Of a stretch of DNA of 64,000 nt, positions 12,419-25,369 are shown piece by piece (position 1 is the first letter of the stretch; every line of letters begins with the position of its first letter). The notes beneath the pieces were generated by a model. The model made no database searches, was not told where the DNA came from, and worked only from the letters and a program-made list of their open reading frames with translations. A program made the translations under genes and the position numbers. The stretch comes from Bacillus thermozeamaize (GTDB taxonomy: Bacteria > Bacillota > Bacilli > ZCTH02-B2): NCBI GenBank assembly GCA_002159075.1, contig LZRT01000070.1:9007-73006 (forward strand). The letters run 5' to 3'.

Positions 12419-13486
12419 TTAGAGTCGAATCTGAAATTGAAAAAATCCGGCTTTCCGAAACGCCTTGTAAACCACGACCAAGGCAGGGCCGACCAGCAGG
12501 CCCAAAACCCCCATAAATGAAAAACCAAGGACCATGCTGATCAGGATCGTCAGGGTACTCATGCCCAGACTGTCTCCCAGCACTTTCGGTTCAATAATCC
12601 GCCTCAGCAACGTGATCGCGACATACAGCACAATCAAGCCAATCCCAAAAAAAATCTGCTCCTTGACCAGAACCCAGATCGCCCAGGGAATGAGGATCAG
12701 CCCCGAGCCGAGAAAAGGCAAGAAATCCAAGACGGCGATCACAGCAGCGAGCGCCAATGCGTAAGGCACCCGCAACAATAACAACCCGATCAGCGTGAGG
12801 ACGAAAATAATAAAGCTGATCAAAACCTGTCCACGGATATATCCGATAAGTCCCTTATTCAACTCACTGATGATGATGTCCAGTTTTTCATGGGATTCCG
12901 GTGCAAACCAGCGGTAAAATTGCGCCTTGAGCTGAGGCAAGTGCAAACTGATCAGGACAAACGCCAAAATGGTCAGGAGACTGAGAATAATCATCCCGGG
13001 AACAGCCGAAGCAAAATTGACAAAGGCTGAGGCGGACCGCCCGACCAAACCGTTGGAATTCGTGAGCCACCCGGAAAGGCTTCTCGTAAAGTTTTCCTGA
13101 ACCGCGTTTAGGGTCTCTGGCGGGATGGCCTGAATCCAGCCGGAAATCCAGGTTTCCAGATCCGATATGTACTGGGGGGCCTTCTGATAAATTTCAACCA
13201 ATTCAACAAAAATACGCGCCACCACAAAATAAGTGACCGCACCCAGCAGCAGCGCCAGCCCGCCAATTGCGATCCAGGCCGCAACCACCCTGCTTTTGAC
13301 GCCCATTTTCTGAATCGCCTGGATCAGGGGCTCTATTAAGACAGCCAGCAAAAGTGCAATTAAAAACGGCAAAAAGTACGGAAAGAGAAAATAGCCTCCG
13401 ATCACCAGCGCAAGCCCCCATACCCATCGCGTCCAAGATGGGTTCCAGACACCATTCCCACTCAATCCCGTTTTCCCCCTAAACAA
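12419..13486 (-). CDS. AI-2E family transporter (UPF0118; YtvI-like sporulation membrane protein)
   Basis: 355 aa with about 8 TM helices and a typical AI-2E C-terminal core. It has its own TTGACT-17-TATAAA promoter upstream. Confidence 0.82.
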   Translation of the reverse strand: MFRGKTGLSGNGVWNPSWTRWVWGLALVIGGYFLFPYFLPFLIALLLAVLIEPLIQAIQKMGVKSRVVAAWIAIGGLALLLGAVTYFVVARIFVELVEIYQKAPQYISDLETWISGWIQAIPPETLNAVQENFTRSLSGWLTNSNGLVGRSASAFVNFASAVPGMIILSLLTILAFVLISLHLPQLKAQFYRWFAPESHEKLDIIISELNKGLIGYIRGQVLISFIIFVLTLIGLLLLRVPYALALAAVIAVLDFLPFLGSGLILIPWAIWVLVKEQIFFGIGLIVLYVAITLLRRIIEPKVLGDSLGMSTLTILISMVLGFSFMGVLGLLVGPALVVVYKAFRKAGFFQFQIRL

Positions 13487-13538
13487 GCAAAATCAGTGAT
13501 TACAGACAAGCTGCCCCGTTTGTCTCAGAGCTATTCTG

Positions 13539-13567
13539 TTTATATCGAAGGCGACGGGACAAGTCAA
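13539..13567 (-). promoter_or_regulatory. Promoter TTGACT-17-TATAAA for the AI-2E/YtvI-like gene, downstream of the pyrC terminator region
   Basis: The minus strand reads TTGACTtgtcccgtcgccttcgaTATAAA. A GC-rich hairpin (CGCC-uucgg-GGCG...) plus a U5 tract lies just upstream and is a likely pyrC terminator. Confidence 0.6.
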
Positions 13568-13651
13568 GAAAAATCATCCAGGCCGCCCCGAAGGCGAACG
13601 ACCCGCCATCCGGAGCAGCCCGTCTTGCGCGCGAGACGCATGGAGTGGTGC

Positions 13652-14932
13652 CTACACGGAACGATAGACGATCTCCCCGGCCAAAAGCGTCATTTTGACT
13701 TTTCCCTTCAGGCGCATGCCGGCAAATGGCGTGTTTCGGCTGGCCGAGAAAAATTTATCGGGATCCACCGTCCACTCTTCCTGCGGATCGATCACCGTCA
13801 AATCGGCCACCTCACCCTCCGCCAACCGCCCGCCCGGCAAGTTCATCACCTTAGCCGGATGCAGGCTCAGCTTGCGGACGGCCTCAAGCTGGCTCAGTTT
13901 TCCCGTGTGCACCAATTTCGTCCAAACCAAGCCGACCGCTGTCTCCAGGCCCAGCAGGCCGAACGGGGCTTCGGCCAGGGAAGCGGCCTTTTCGCGTTCG
14001 GTATGGGGCGCGTGATCGGTGGCGATGACGTCAATGGTTCCGTCTTGCAGGCCGGTGATGACCGCTTCCACGTCAGCCGCCGTGCGAAGAGGCGGATTGA
14101 CCTTGGCCAACGTCCCCCATTCCAGCACCGCCTCGTCGGTAAGGGTAAAATGGTGCGGCGCCGCTTCTGCGGTCACCCGGACTCCCCGTTGCTTGGCTTC
14201 CCGAATCAGCTGGACAGCCCGGGCTGTGCTGACATGCTGAATGTGAACCCGGGCGCCCGTATCTTCCGCAAAAAGAATGTCACGGGCGACGACCAAATCC
14301 TCCGCCAGTGAGGGAATGCCCGGATCCCCCAGCTGCCGGCTGACCTTGCCCCGATTGATGGCCCCAATTCCTGCGACCAGGCAATGTTCTTCACAGTGGC
14401 TGCTGATCGGAATATCCAGCTCCCGCGCCAGACGAAAAGCCTCGTAGAGGATGCGCGGATCCATCACGCTTTTGCCGTCCTCCGTAAACGTCACCGCTCC
14501 CGCCTCCTTCAGCGCGGGAAAATCGGTCATCCGCTCGCCTTTTAAACCATAAGTCATGCTGGCAGCCGGATAGACGCGTACGGCTGCTTTTTTTCGGCTC
14601 GTTTCCACAACGTAGCGGATTTGTTCAGGCGAATCCAGCACGGGTGAAGTATTCGGCATGCAGACCACCGCCGTAAATCCACCCGCCGCTGCCGCGCGGG
14701 TTCCCGTCTCAATGGTCTCTTTCTCCGGAAAGCCGGGATCGCGCAGGTGCACGTGAATATCGATCAGCCCGGGGGTCACCAGGCAGCCGCTCAGATCGAT
14801 CACGTCAACCCCTGAAATCTCCAGGTTTTTCTTGATTTGAGCCACCTTGCCGTCTGCAATCAACAGATCCAGCGTTTCCTCTGTTCCTGATGCCGGATCG
14901 ATCAACCGCCCGTTTTTCAACAACCGCTTCAT
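13652..14932 (-). CDS. pyrC: Dihydroorotase
   Basis: 426 aa with a metal-binding HVHLRDPG motif. It sits at the distal end of the pyr operon, immediately after pyrE. Confidence 0.93.
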   Translation of the reverse strand: MKRLLKNGRLIDPASGTEETLDLLIADGKVAQIKKNLEISGVDVIDLSGCLVTPGLIDIHVHLRDPGFPEKETIETGTRAAAAGGFTAVVCMPNTSPVLDSPEQIRYVVETSRKKAAVRVYPAASMTYGLKGERMTDFPALKEAGAVTFTEDGKSVMDPRILYEAFRLARELDIPISSHCEEHCLVAGIGAINRGKVSRQLGDPGIPSLAEDLVVARDILFAEDTGARVHIQHVSTARAVQLIREAKQRGVRVTAEAAPHHFTLTDEAVLEWGTLAKVNPPLRTAADVEAVITGLQDGTIDVIATDHAPHTEREKAASLAEAPFGLLGLETAVGLVWTKLVHTGKLSQLEAVRKLSLHPAKVMNLPGGRLAEGEVADLTVIDPQEEWTVDPDKFFSASRNTPFAGMRLKGKVKMTLLAGEIVYRSV

Positions 14933-14947
14933 TCCGTTGCCTCCTCG

Positions 14948-15553
14948 CTAGTGCTGCTTCCCCGGAGATTTTCGGCTGCCTGGCTTTTCGGCAGGCAGTC
15001 CGGTTCGGCACAATGGGCAATCTTCCGGTGTATAGGTCGCTACATTCAGACGGATAAACGGGCGAAAGGGAACGCCAAAATCCGCCCGGCCGCCGCTTCG
15101 ATCGACGATGGAAGCCACACCGACCAGCTCGCCGCCCGCCTGTTTGACGAGGTGAATCACCTCTTTCACCGAACCGCCCGTGGTGACCACATCCTCCACC
15201 ACCAGCACCCGCTCGCCAGGCTGAATCGCAAATCCCCTGCGCAACGTCATCACGCCCTCTTCCCGTTCCGCGTGAATATACCTGGCACCCAGTGCACGAG
15301 CCGTCTCATAAGCGACAACAATGCCGCCCAACGCCGGGCCGATCACCACATCCACCCGCTGATCCGCAAACGGCGCCGCCAGCGCCCGGCAGACCGGTTC
15401 GGCATACTGGGGATATTGCAACAGCAGCGCACACTGCAAATACTGGTCGCTGTGCAGCCCTGACGTCAACAAAAAGTGCCCTTTCCTCAGAACCCCGGTT
15501 TTTTCCAGGATGTTCATGCCTTCCTCGACAGAGATTGGTTGCACTGTACTCAC
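14948..15553 (-). CDS. pyrE: Orotate phosphoribosyltransferase
   Basis: PRPP-binding motif [13 protein letters not shown]. The first codon is GTG (the + strand reads ...tactcac), preceded by GGAGGTG and a 5-nt spacer. Confidence 0.9.
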   Translation of the reverse strand: MSTVQPISVEEGMNILEKTGVLRKGHFLLTSGLHSDQYLQCALLLQYPQYAEPVCRALAAPFADQRVDVVIGPALGGIVVAYETARALGARYIHAEREEGVMTLRRGFAIQPGERVLVVEDVVTTGGSVKEVIHLVKQAGGELVGVASIVDRSGGRADFGVPFRPFIRLNVATYTPEDCPLCRTGLPAEKPGSRKSPGKQH

Positions 15554-15633
15554 CCGAACACCTCCAGGTCGATATCATGTTTTCCTTTGCAGTGCAGACT
15601 GGATTCATTTTATTCCTTCATTAAAGTTATTAC

Positions 15634-15692
15634 ATTTATTTCTCCATTTGGTTTCTTTCCCCATCTGGTGGTTTCCTTCCCCATCTGGTTCA
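15634..15692 (-). repeat. Imperfect ~20-nt tandem direct repeat (x2.5) in the 149-nt pyrF-pyrE spacer
   Basis: The + strand reads tttatttctccatttg / gtttctttccccatctggtg / gtttccttccccatctggtt. The mRNA sense is purine-rich: CCAGAUGGGGAAGGAAAC repeated. Confidence 0.7.
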
Positions 15693-15702
15693 CTTCGCAT
15701 CT

Positions 15703-16442
15703 TCACGTTTCATCCAGATTCTGGCGGGCCCTGTTCATCTCCGCAAGGATGACATCAAACACCCGGGCAGGATCGGCCGCACGGGTGATCGGCCGGCCAA
15801 TCACCAGGTAGTCGCTGCCGGCCTGGATCGCTTCACCTGGTGTCATGACCCGCCGTTGATCGTCCTGTGAACCAGCAGGCCGAATGCCTGGCGTCACGCA
15901 CAGCCATTCCCTGCCGCATGCCCGTTTTACCGGCCGCACCTCGCGGGCCGAGGCGACCACCCCGTCCATTCCTGCCTGCTGCGCCAGCCGGGCGTAACGC
16001 AATACAGCCTCATCGACGGATCCCGGGATCCCGATCTCCTCATTGAGCATCCGCTGATCGGTGCTGGTCAGCTGCGTGACGGCGATCAAAAGAGGTGCCT
16101 TCTGCCCGGGGGGCAATCCCCGTTCGACGCCTTCACGGGCACGCATCATCATCTCTCTGCCACCGGCGGCATGGACATTGATCATATCCACGCCAAACCG
16201 GGCCAGGACGGCGATGGCCCGGCCCACGGTATTGGGGATGTCATGCAGCTTCAAATCGAGGAAGATCCGGTATCCCCGGTTTTTCAGCGCCTCAAGCAAC
16301 GGGCTTCCCGCTGCATAAAACAATTCCATGCCCACCTTGACATACCGGACCTGAGGAACCCGCTCGAGAAAGGAGAACACCTCATCCGCGGTCGAAAAAT
16401 CCAGCGCCACGATCAATCGCTCCGCCATGCCGTGATTGCCCA

Positions 16443-16443
<1 letters not shown>
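15703..16443 (-). CDS. pyrF: Orotidine 5'-phosphate decarboxylase
   Basis: LIVALDF...DLKLHDIPNTV motifs are present. The start was set at MGNHG, where the ATG overlaps the pyrD stop (TGATG) and follows GGGGGAG. Confidence 0.9.
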
Positions 16444-18361
<1,918 letters not shown>

Positions 18362-21300
18362 TCAGGCACCGGTTCCTTACCCAACGGTTCCACCATCATC
18401 GCCATCCGTCCAATCACTGTCAGGAAAGCTTCCACCGTATCGAGGGAGGTCAGGCACGGCACCCCGTTTTCTACCGCCTCACGCCGGATTCGGAAACCGT
18501 CCCGCTTCGGTTCCTTGCCGCGGGTCAGGGTATTGATCACCAACTGCACCTCACCTCTGCGGATTTCATCAATGATATTCGGTGATCCTTCAGACAATTT
18601 GTTCACACGAGTGACGTGCAAGCCGTGCTTCGCCAGAAACTCCGCCGTTCCTCGGGTCGCGCTGATCTGAAAGCCCAGGCTGGCAAATCGGCGCAACAGC
18701 GGCAGCGCCTCCGGTTTGTCCTTGTCGGCGATGGTGGCCAATACGCGGCCTTCCTCGGGAATGCGCATTCCGGCCGCCAAAAGGCCTTTGTACAGCGCCT
18801 TGGCCAGATCGCTGTCGCGTCCCATCACCTCACCGGTCGATTTCATCTCCGGGCCCAGCGTGGGTTCCACTCGCCGCAACTTCGCAAAGGAGAAGACCGG
18901 AACCTTAACGGCCACTGTGTTCAATTCCGGAAGCAGCCCTGTGGGATATCCCAGATCGGAAAGCCGCTTGCCCAACATCAATTGCGTCGCCAGGCGGGCC
19001 ATGGGTACACCGGTCACCTTGCTCAAGAAGGGAACCGTCCGGGATGCCCGGGGATTGACTTCAATCACGTACACTTCGTCCTCCACCACGACAAACTGGA
19101 TGTTTAGCAATCCCTTGACCTGCAGCGCGCGGGCAATCCGAACGGTGTAGTCCACCAGCTTTTCCCTGGCCGCAGCAGAAATCCTCTGCAAGGGGTAGAC
19201 GGCAATCGAGTCCCCAGAATGGACCCCTGCCCGTTCAATGTGCTCTATCATCCCCGGGATCAGGATCTCCTCCCCGTCAGACAGGGCGTCCACCTCCACC
19301 TCTTTCCCCTGCATATACCGATCGATCAGCACCGGATGTTCCCGGCTGGCCCGAACCGCCTCCGCCATATAAGCGCGCAATTCCTCCTCGCTGTCCACGA
19401 TCTCCATGGCCCGTCCCCCCAGCACATAGGAAGGCCGCACCAAAACCGGGTATCCCAGCTCGCGGGCGACCGGAATCGCCTCCTCCACCGCGTAAACTGT
19501 CCGCCCGGGAGGTTGTGGAATGCCCAGCGAACGCAACAGTTGTTCAAATCGTTTGCGATCCTCGGCGGTATCGATACTGTCCAGTGAGGTGCCCAACACC
19601 CGGTAACCGGCCGCTTCCAGATCGGCCGCCAGGTTCAGGGCCGTCTGGCCGCCAAACTGCACCACCACGCCGACGGGCTGCTCTTTCTCAAGGATATGGA
19701 GCACGTCTTCGCGGTGCAGCGGCTCGAAGTAGAGGCGATCCGAATGGTCGAAGTCGGTGGACACGGTCTCCGGGTTGTTGTTGATCATCACCGCCTCCAG
19801 GCCGGCATCGCGGATGGCCTGCACCGCATGGACCGTGGCGTAGTCAAACTCAATGCCCTGGCCGATGCGGATTGGACCGGAGCCCAGCACCACGACCACC
19901 GGCCGATTGCCCTTTTTCCCTTCATCCTCCTGTTCGTAGGTGGAATAGTAATAGGGAGTTTGGGCAGGGAACTCCGCCGCACAGGTATCCACCATTTTGT
20001 ATACTGGCCTGATCCCCAACTCCTGGCGGAGCTTACGGATCTCCTGCTCCTCGGTCCCGCACAGGCGGGCCAAGCGGGCATCCGTAAAGCCCAGACGCTT
20101 GGCTTTCCACAAGATTTCCCGCTCCGGCACCTGTCTTTTTTCGCGCAATTCCTGTTCAAACCGGACCAAGCCGGCAATCTTTCTCAGGAAAAAGCTGTCA
20201 ATCGCAGTCCACTGGGCAACCTCTTCCACGCTCCGTCCCCGGTTGAATGCCTCAGCCAGCAGAAAGAGGCGTTCATCGTCCGGTTCTTGCAGGCGCCGGA
20301 TCAGCACCTCATCCTCCAGATCCGCATGCTCGTCAAGCAACAAGCCGTCCACGCCGATTTCCAAGGATCGGACAGCCTTTTGCAAGGACTCTTCGAAGCT
20401 GCGGCCAATGGCCATCACTTCTCCCGTCGCTTTCATCTGCGTCCCCAGCTTGCGGTTGGCCCGCGTAAATTTGTCAAAGGGCCAGCGCGGAATCTTGGTC
20501 ACTACATAATCCAGCGTCGGCTCAAAGAAGGCGTAGGTCTGGCCGGTCACCGGATTCTTCAGTTCATCCAGGGTGTAGCCGAGAGCGATTTTTGTCGCCA
20601 TCTTGGCGATCGGGTAGCCGGTCGCCTTGGAAGCCAGGGCACTGGAACGGCTCAGGCGCGGGTTCACCTCAATGACGGCGTACCGATCGCTGCCCGGCTC
20701 AAGCGCCACCTGGACATTGCATCCTCCTTCGATGCCCAAGGCCCGGACGATGGTGATGGCGACTTCCCGGAGCATCTGCACCTGATCGTCCGAAAGCGTC
20801 TGGCAGGGAGCCACCACAATGCTGTCTCCTGTGTGCACGCCGACCGGATCCACGTTTTCCATGTTGCAGATGGCCATACAATGATCGGCTGCGTCCCGGA
20901 TCACCTCGAACTCAATTTCCTTCCAGCCGCGGATGCTCTCTTCGATCAGGCACTGGCCAATCGGGCTCAGTTGCAGTCCGTTCTTCACAATCTCTTCCAA
21001 GGAAGCGCGATCCTCGGCAATCCCGCCGCCTGTTCCGCCCAGCGTGTAGGCCGGCCGGACCACCACTGGATAACCCACCTTTTCCGCAAAGTCAAGCGCC
21101 TCCTCCACCTTGTGCACCGTGACACTCTCCGGAATCGGCTGCTTCAGCTCCTGCATCAGTTGACGGAAGGCCTCTCGATCCTCCGCCTTTTGAATCGAAT
21201 CGATATCGGTCCCAAGCAGACGCACACCGTACTGCTGGAGGATCCCCTGCCGCTCCAGCTGCATCGCCAGGTTCAAAGCCGTCTGGCCGCCGAGGGTGGC

Positions 21301-21560
21301 CAAAAGACCGTCCGGACGCTCCTTGCGGATAATTCGCGTCACAAAGGGCAATGTCAGCGGCTCCACATAGATTTGGTCGGCAATGCCCGGATCCGTCATG
21401 ATGGTGGCCGGATTGCTGTTGACGAGAACCACTTCCACCCCTTCCTCTTTCAACGCCCGGCAGGCTTGCGTGCCCGCATAGTCAAACTCGGCCGCCTGTC
21501 CGATCACAATGGGGCCTGACCCGATCACCATCACTTTTTTCAAATCTGGATTTTTCGGCA

Positions 21561-22661
21561 TTACGCATTCCCTCCCCGATGGTTGGCCATCAACTGCACG
21601 AACTGCTCAAAGAGGAATAAGGTATCTGTGGGTCCGGGATGGGCATCGGGATGAAACTGTACTGAAAACGCCGGATAATCCCGATGTCTCAAACCTTCCA
21701 CCGAACCATCATGAAGCAGTCGGTAGGTCACCTCCAGCCTCGTCCCCTCCAGTGAAGATTCCAGCACATCATATCCGTGATGCTGCGCCGTAATCCACCC
21801 TTTTCCCGTCTGTACCTCTTGCACCGGATAGTTGGTTCCACGATGGCCCAACGGCATCTTGGCCACTTTAGCGCCACAGGCCAGCGCGAACAGCTGGTGT
21901 CCCAGCCCGACTGCAAAAAGCGGGTATTTCTTCACCAAAGCGGAAATGGTCGGCAACACCTGCGCCAGCGAATGCGGATCCCCTGGCCCGTTGGACAGAA
22001 ATACGCCATCCGGTGAATAGGCCGAAATCGCCAAAAAGTCCGTGTCGTAAGGAACCTGAATCACGTCACATCCGGAACGTAACAACAGCTCCCGAAAACT
22101 CCGCTTGACGCCAAAATCCATCAGCACAACCGTAGGCCGCCAGCCTGCCCGGGGCTTTTCCGTCTTCCACGTCAGCACCTCGCGGGATGATACCCGGTGC
22201 ACTTGATCCGTTGCCTGCGGTGCGGCAAGCAATGAACGAACGGCTTCCTCCGACAGGCTGTCCTGGCCACTGACCAAGACCCCCTTCATCATTCCGCGGT
22301 CACGAAGGTGTCTGGCCAGCTTGCGGGTATCCATCCCGTATAAACCGACAACGCCATGCGCGCGCAACCAGGCATCCAGGCTGAGCCGCTCTGCATCCTC
22401 CGCAATCCAGTCAGGCTCGCTGACAATGAGCGCACGCAGCGCAGGCGCGCGTCCCTCCATCTTCTGCCGGGAAAGACCGCCATTTCCGACGAGGGGATAG
22501 GTCATCAGCACGATTTGATCGCAGTATGTCGGATCGACGAGAATCTCCTCCAGACCTGACATGCTGGTCTGCAAAACCACTTCACCCACAACCTGTCCCG
22601 TTGCGCCAAACGCTTCTCCCTCAAAACACGTTCCATCTTCCAGGTGAAGTACCGCTTTCAT
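21561..22661 (-). CDS. carA: Carbamoyl-phosphate synthase small subunit (glutamine amidotransferase)
   Basis: The start is at [11 protein letters not shown], preceded by AGGAAGGA with an 8-9 nt spacer. A GATase catalytic-site sequence GVCLGHQ-like ([12 protein letters not shown]) is present. The track ORF is extended 37 codons upstream. Confidence 0.92.
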   Translation of the reverse strand: MKAVLHLEDGTCFEGEAFGATGQVVGEVVLQTSMSGLEEILVDPTYCDQIVLMTYPLVGNGGLSRQKMEGRAPALRALIVSEPDWIAEDAERLSLDAWLRAHGVVGLYGMDTRKLARHLRDRGMMKGVLVSGQDSLSEEAVRSLLAAPQATDQVHRVSSREVLTWKTEKPRAGWRPTVVLMDFGVKRSFRELLLRSGCDVIQVPYDTDFLAISAYSPDGVFLSNGPGDPHSLAQVLPTISALVKKYPLFAVGLGHQLFALACGAKVAKMPLGHRGTNYPVQEVQTGKGWITAQHHGYDVLESSLEGTRLEVTYRLLHDGSVEGLRHRDYPAFSVQFHPDAHPGPTDTLFLFEQFVQLMANHRGGNA

Positions 22662-22743
22662 CCGCCACATCCTTCCTAAACGCTTTAGAATAGCATGCGA
22701 TTGCCTTTCAGTTACCATTCCACATCCATTGCGCCATTCCGGG

Positions 22744-23664
22744 CTAAACGCCAGCTGCCTCATGGCAGACATTGGTAGACAAACCGCGCTTGATGACGAA
22801 TTCCAACACCGCCATCCGGACCGCTACACCATTTCGTACCTGTTCAAAAATCCTGGATTGTGGATGATCCACCACTTCACCGTCAATTTCCACCCCGCGG
22901 TTGACCGGCGAGGGATGCATGATGATCGCATGCGGCTTCAGACGGCTTGCCCGTTCCACCGTCAACCCGTAAGCCTCACGGTACGCGCTGTAATCCGGAA
23001 GCTCAGCCTCCGACATCCGTTCTTTCTGTACCCGGAGCATCATCACCACGTCGGCTTGCAACGCCCGCTCCATCGAAACCAGCCGCACACCCGCGGGCAA
23101 CCTCTCGGGCATCCAGGCTGACGGCCCGGCCAGCATGATCTCCATCCCCAGTTGAGGCAACAGGTTGAGATGGGAACCGGCCACGCGACTGTGAAGCACA
23201 TCACCAATCAGGGCAACCTGGATGCCGTTCAGTCTGCCAAACGCCCGCTGGATCGTCAGAAGATCCAACAGACATTGCGTTGGATGCTCGCTGGTACCCT
23301 CTCCTGCATTGATGAGCGGAACCTGAACCACTTCCGACAGGCGACGCATGATCCCATTTTCGGCATGCCGGATGACCATGGCATCGACGCCCATCGCCTC
23401 CAGGGTGCGCACCGTATCCTCCAGGCTCTCCCCTTTTTCCAGGCTGGAGGTCGCAGGTTGAAAGTTCAGCGTCTCCCCACCCAGCCGTTTGACCGCCATC
23501 TCAAAGGAGAAACGGGTCCGTGTGCTCGGCTCAAAAAACAGATTGGCCACCACCGTCTGCGCCAGTGACTGACCGACAGGATGTTCCAGACGATACGCAG
23601 CGCGCTCAAGAATGGCTTCCACCTCATCCTTCGTCAGCTCGGACACCGAAATCAAGCGTTTCAT
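22744..23664 (-). CDS. pyrB: Aspartate carbamoyltransferase catalytic subunit
   Basis: STRTR carbamoyl-phosphate binding motif and HPxQ/HPSP motifs. The RBS is GAGGAGGG. Confidence 0.94.
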   Translation of the reverse strand: MKRLISVSELTKDEVEAILERAAYRLEHPVGQSLAQTVVANLFFEPSTRTRFSFEMAVKRLGGETLNFQPATSSLEKGESLEDTVRTLEAMGVDAMVIRHAENGIMRRLSEVVQVPLINAGEGTSEHPTQCLLDLLTIQRAFGRLNGIQVALIGDVLHSRVAGSHLNLLPQLGMEIMLAGPSAWMPERLPAGVRLVSMERALQADVVMMLRVQKERMSEAELPDYSAYREAYGLTVERASRLKPHAIIMHPSPVNRGVEIDGEVVDHPQSRIFEQVRNGVAVRMAVLEFVIKRGLSTNVCHEAAGV

Positions 23665-23850
23665 AAACGTTCCCTCCTCAAATCATTGACCCGTCTCCTC
23701 TTTTTTCCACAAAAAAGCTCTTTACCAACCGGTAAAGAGCTCGTCAAACGCACGCGCACAGGCACACCAGCACCTGGGCAACAGGGCTTGCACACTCCTT
23801 GCCGGCCTCACGGGACCTGCTTAAAGGAACGGTCTCTCCCCAGGCAATAT
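23665..23850 (-). promoter_or_regulatory. pyrR-pyrB intercistronic attenuator 2 (PyrR box + intrinsic terminator)
   Basis: RNA GGUCCCGUGAGGCCGGCAAGGAG (+ 23795-23817) matches the PyrR box. It is followed by a perfect hairpin AGCUCUUUACC-GGUU-GGUAAAGAGCU plus UUUUUUGUGG (+ 23707-23743), and then the pyrB RBS. Confidence 0.82.
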
Positions 23851-24636
<786 letters not shown>

Positions 24637-24637
24637 C

Positions 24638-24666
24638 ATTATCGCATCCGGAGTGGCTGAAGTCAA
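24638..24666 (-). promoter_or_regulatory. sigmaA-type promoter of the pyr operon (TTGACT-17-GATAAT)
   Basis: In the minus orientation: TTGACTtcagccactccggatgcgATAAT. It lies directly upstream of the PyrR-binding leader. Confidence 0.7.
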
Positions 24667-24716
24667 TGATGAATGGACCGCTTTTTTGCGGCAACCCGAC
24701 ATCCGCCGGGAATTGG

Positions 24717-25157
24717 TTATGGATCATCGTCTCCCCGGTGGGGTTGATAAGCGATCTCTTTTACCGTGGAATCACAATGCGGGCAGTAGTACGTGATCGT
24801 CACCTCGCTGCCGCACTCCTGGTGCACAAGCTTTTGATACTTTGGTTCAAAAAAGTGATTTCCCCAAATGGCCAGGGCGTTGATCACATGCTGAAGGGCA
24901 CGTCCTTGTTCCGTCAACCGATACTCATAACGGGGAGGGTGCTGGGAATACAGAACGGAACGAACAATACCGGCTGATTCCAACGTCTGCAACCTTTCGG
25001 ACAAAATGTTGGGCGCAATCCCTTTGAGCGACTCCCTGATTTCGTTAAACCTTGAAAGGCCCGCCAATAAATCGCGAATGATCAACAACGTCCATCGATC
25101 GCCCACCAAATCCAGCGTACGTGCGATGTTGCAAGCAAGATTGTACGTTTTTTGCAT
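24717..25157 (-). CDS. HxlR-family winged-helix transcriptional regulator with Cys-rich C-terminal extension
   Basis: The N-terminal ~105 aa fit the HxlR/DUF24 wHTH pattern (C..RTLDLVGDRWTLLIIRDL...NILSERLQ). The extra ~40 aa tail is HQEC-x10-CPHC. It is divergent from the MBL hydrolase. Confidence 0.8.
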   Translation of the reverse strand: MQKTYNLACNIARTLDLVGDRWTLLIIRDLLAGLSRFNEIRESLKGIAPNILSERLQTLESAGIVRSVLYSQHPPRYEYRLTEQGRALQHVINALAIWGNHFFEPKYQKLVHQECGSEVTITYYCPHCDSTVKEIAYQPHRGDDDP

Positions 25158-25205
25158 AAAGACCTCCTTTCCATACGCAGTTTGCTTTTAAACAACAATA
25201 TAGCA

Positions 25206-25221
25206 ATCAACATCCGTTGAT
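25206..25221. promoter_or_regulatory. Perfect inverted repeat ATCAAC-N4-GTTGAT in the AT-rich HxlR/MBL divergent intergenic region (candidate HxlR operator)
   Basis: atcaacatccgttgat sits between the divergent starts of the HxlR-like gene (-) and the MBL hydrolase gene (+). Confidence 0.4.
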
Positions 25222-25369
25222 ACAAATGGGTTTGTTGAACGAAAGATAAGTATAAATAAACAACTTACTTGCTATTTTATACTTTATCGTTTATGATGGG
25301 GATTGGGTCTAGAATGTATGAAAGAAAGCAAATATTTCAAACCAAGATGAGCTGGGAGGAGAAAGACGC

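Noticed and set aside
15600-15680. 24-codon ORF (MGKETTRWGKKPNGEINVITLMKE) spanning the pyrF-pyrE tandem repeat.
   Set aside because: There is no Shine-Dalgarno sequence in front of its ATG, and the peptide is repetitive. It is more likely a by-product of the nucleotide repeat. I kept it only as part of the repeat finding.
19696-21519. 607-aa ORF on the + strand antisense to carB. Similar long antisense ORFs lie over pyrD (16491-17495), pbpB (54769-56034), yloB (7341-8279), spoVD/pbpB and ftsA.
   Set aside because: They are fully embedded opposite highly conserved genes and have low-complexity Arg/Gly/His/Pro-rich composition. They lack RBSs. This is typical of stop-codon-poor antisense frames in GC-rich DNA, so they are not genes.
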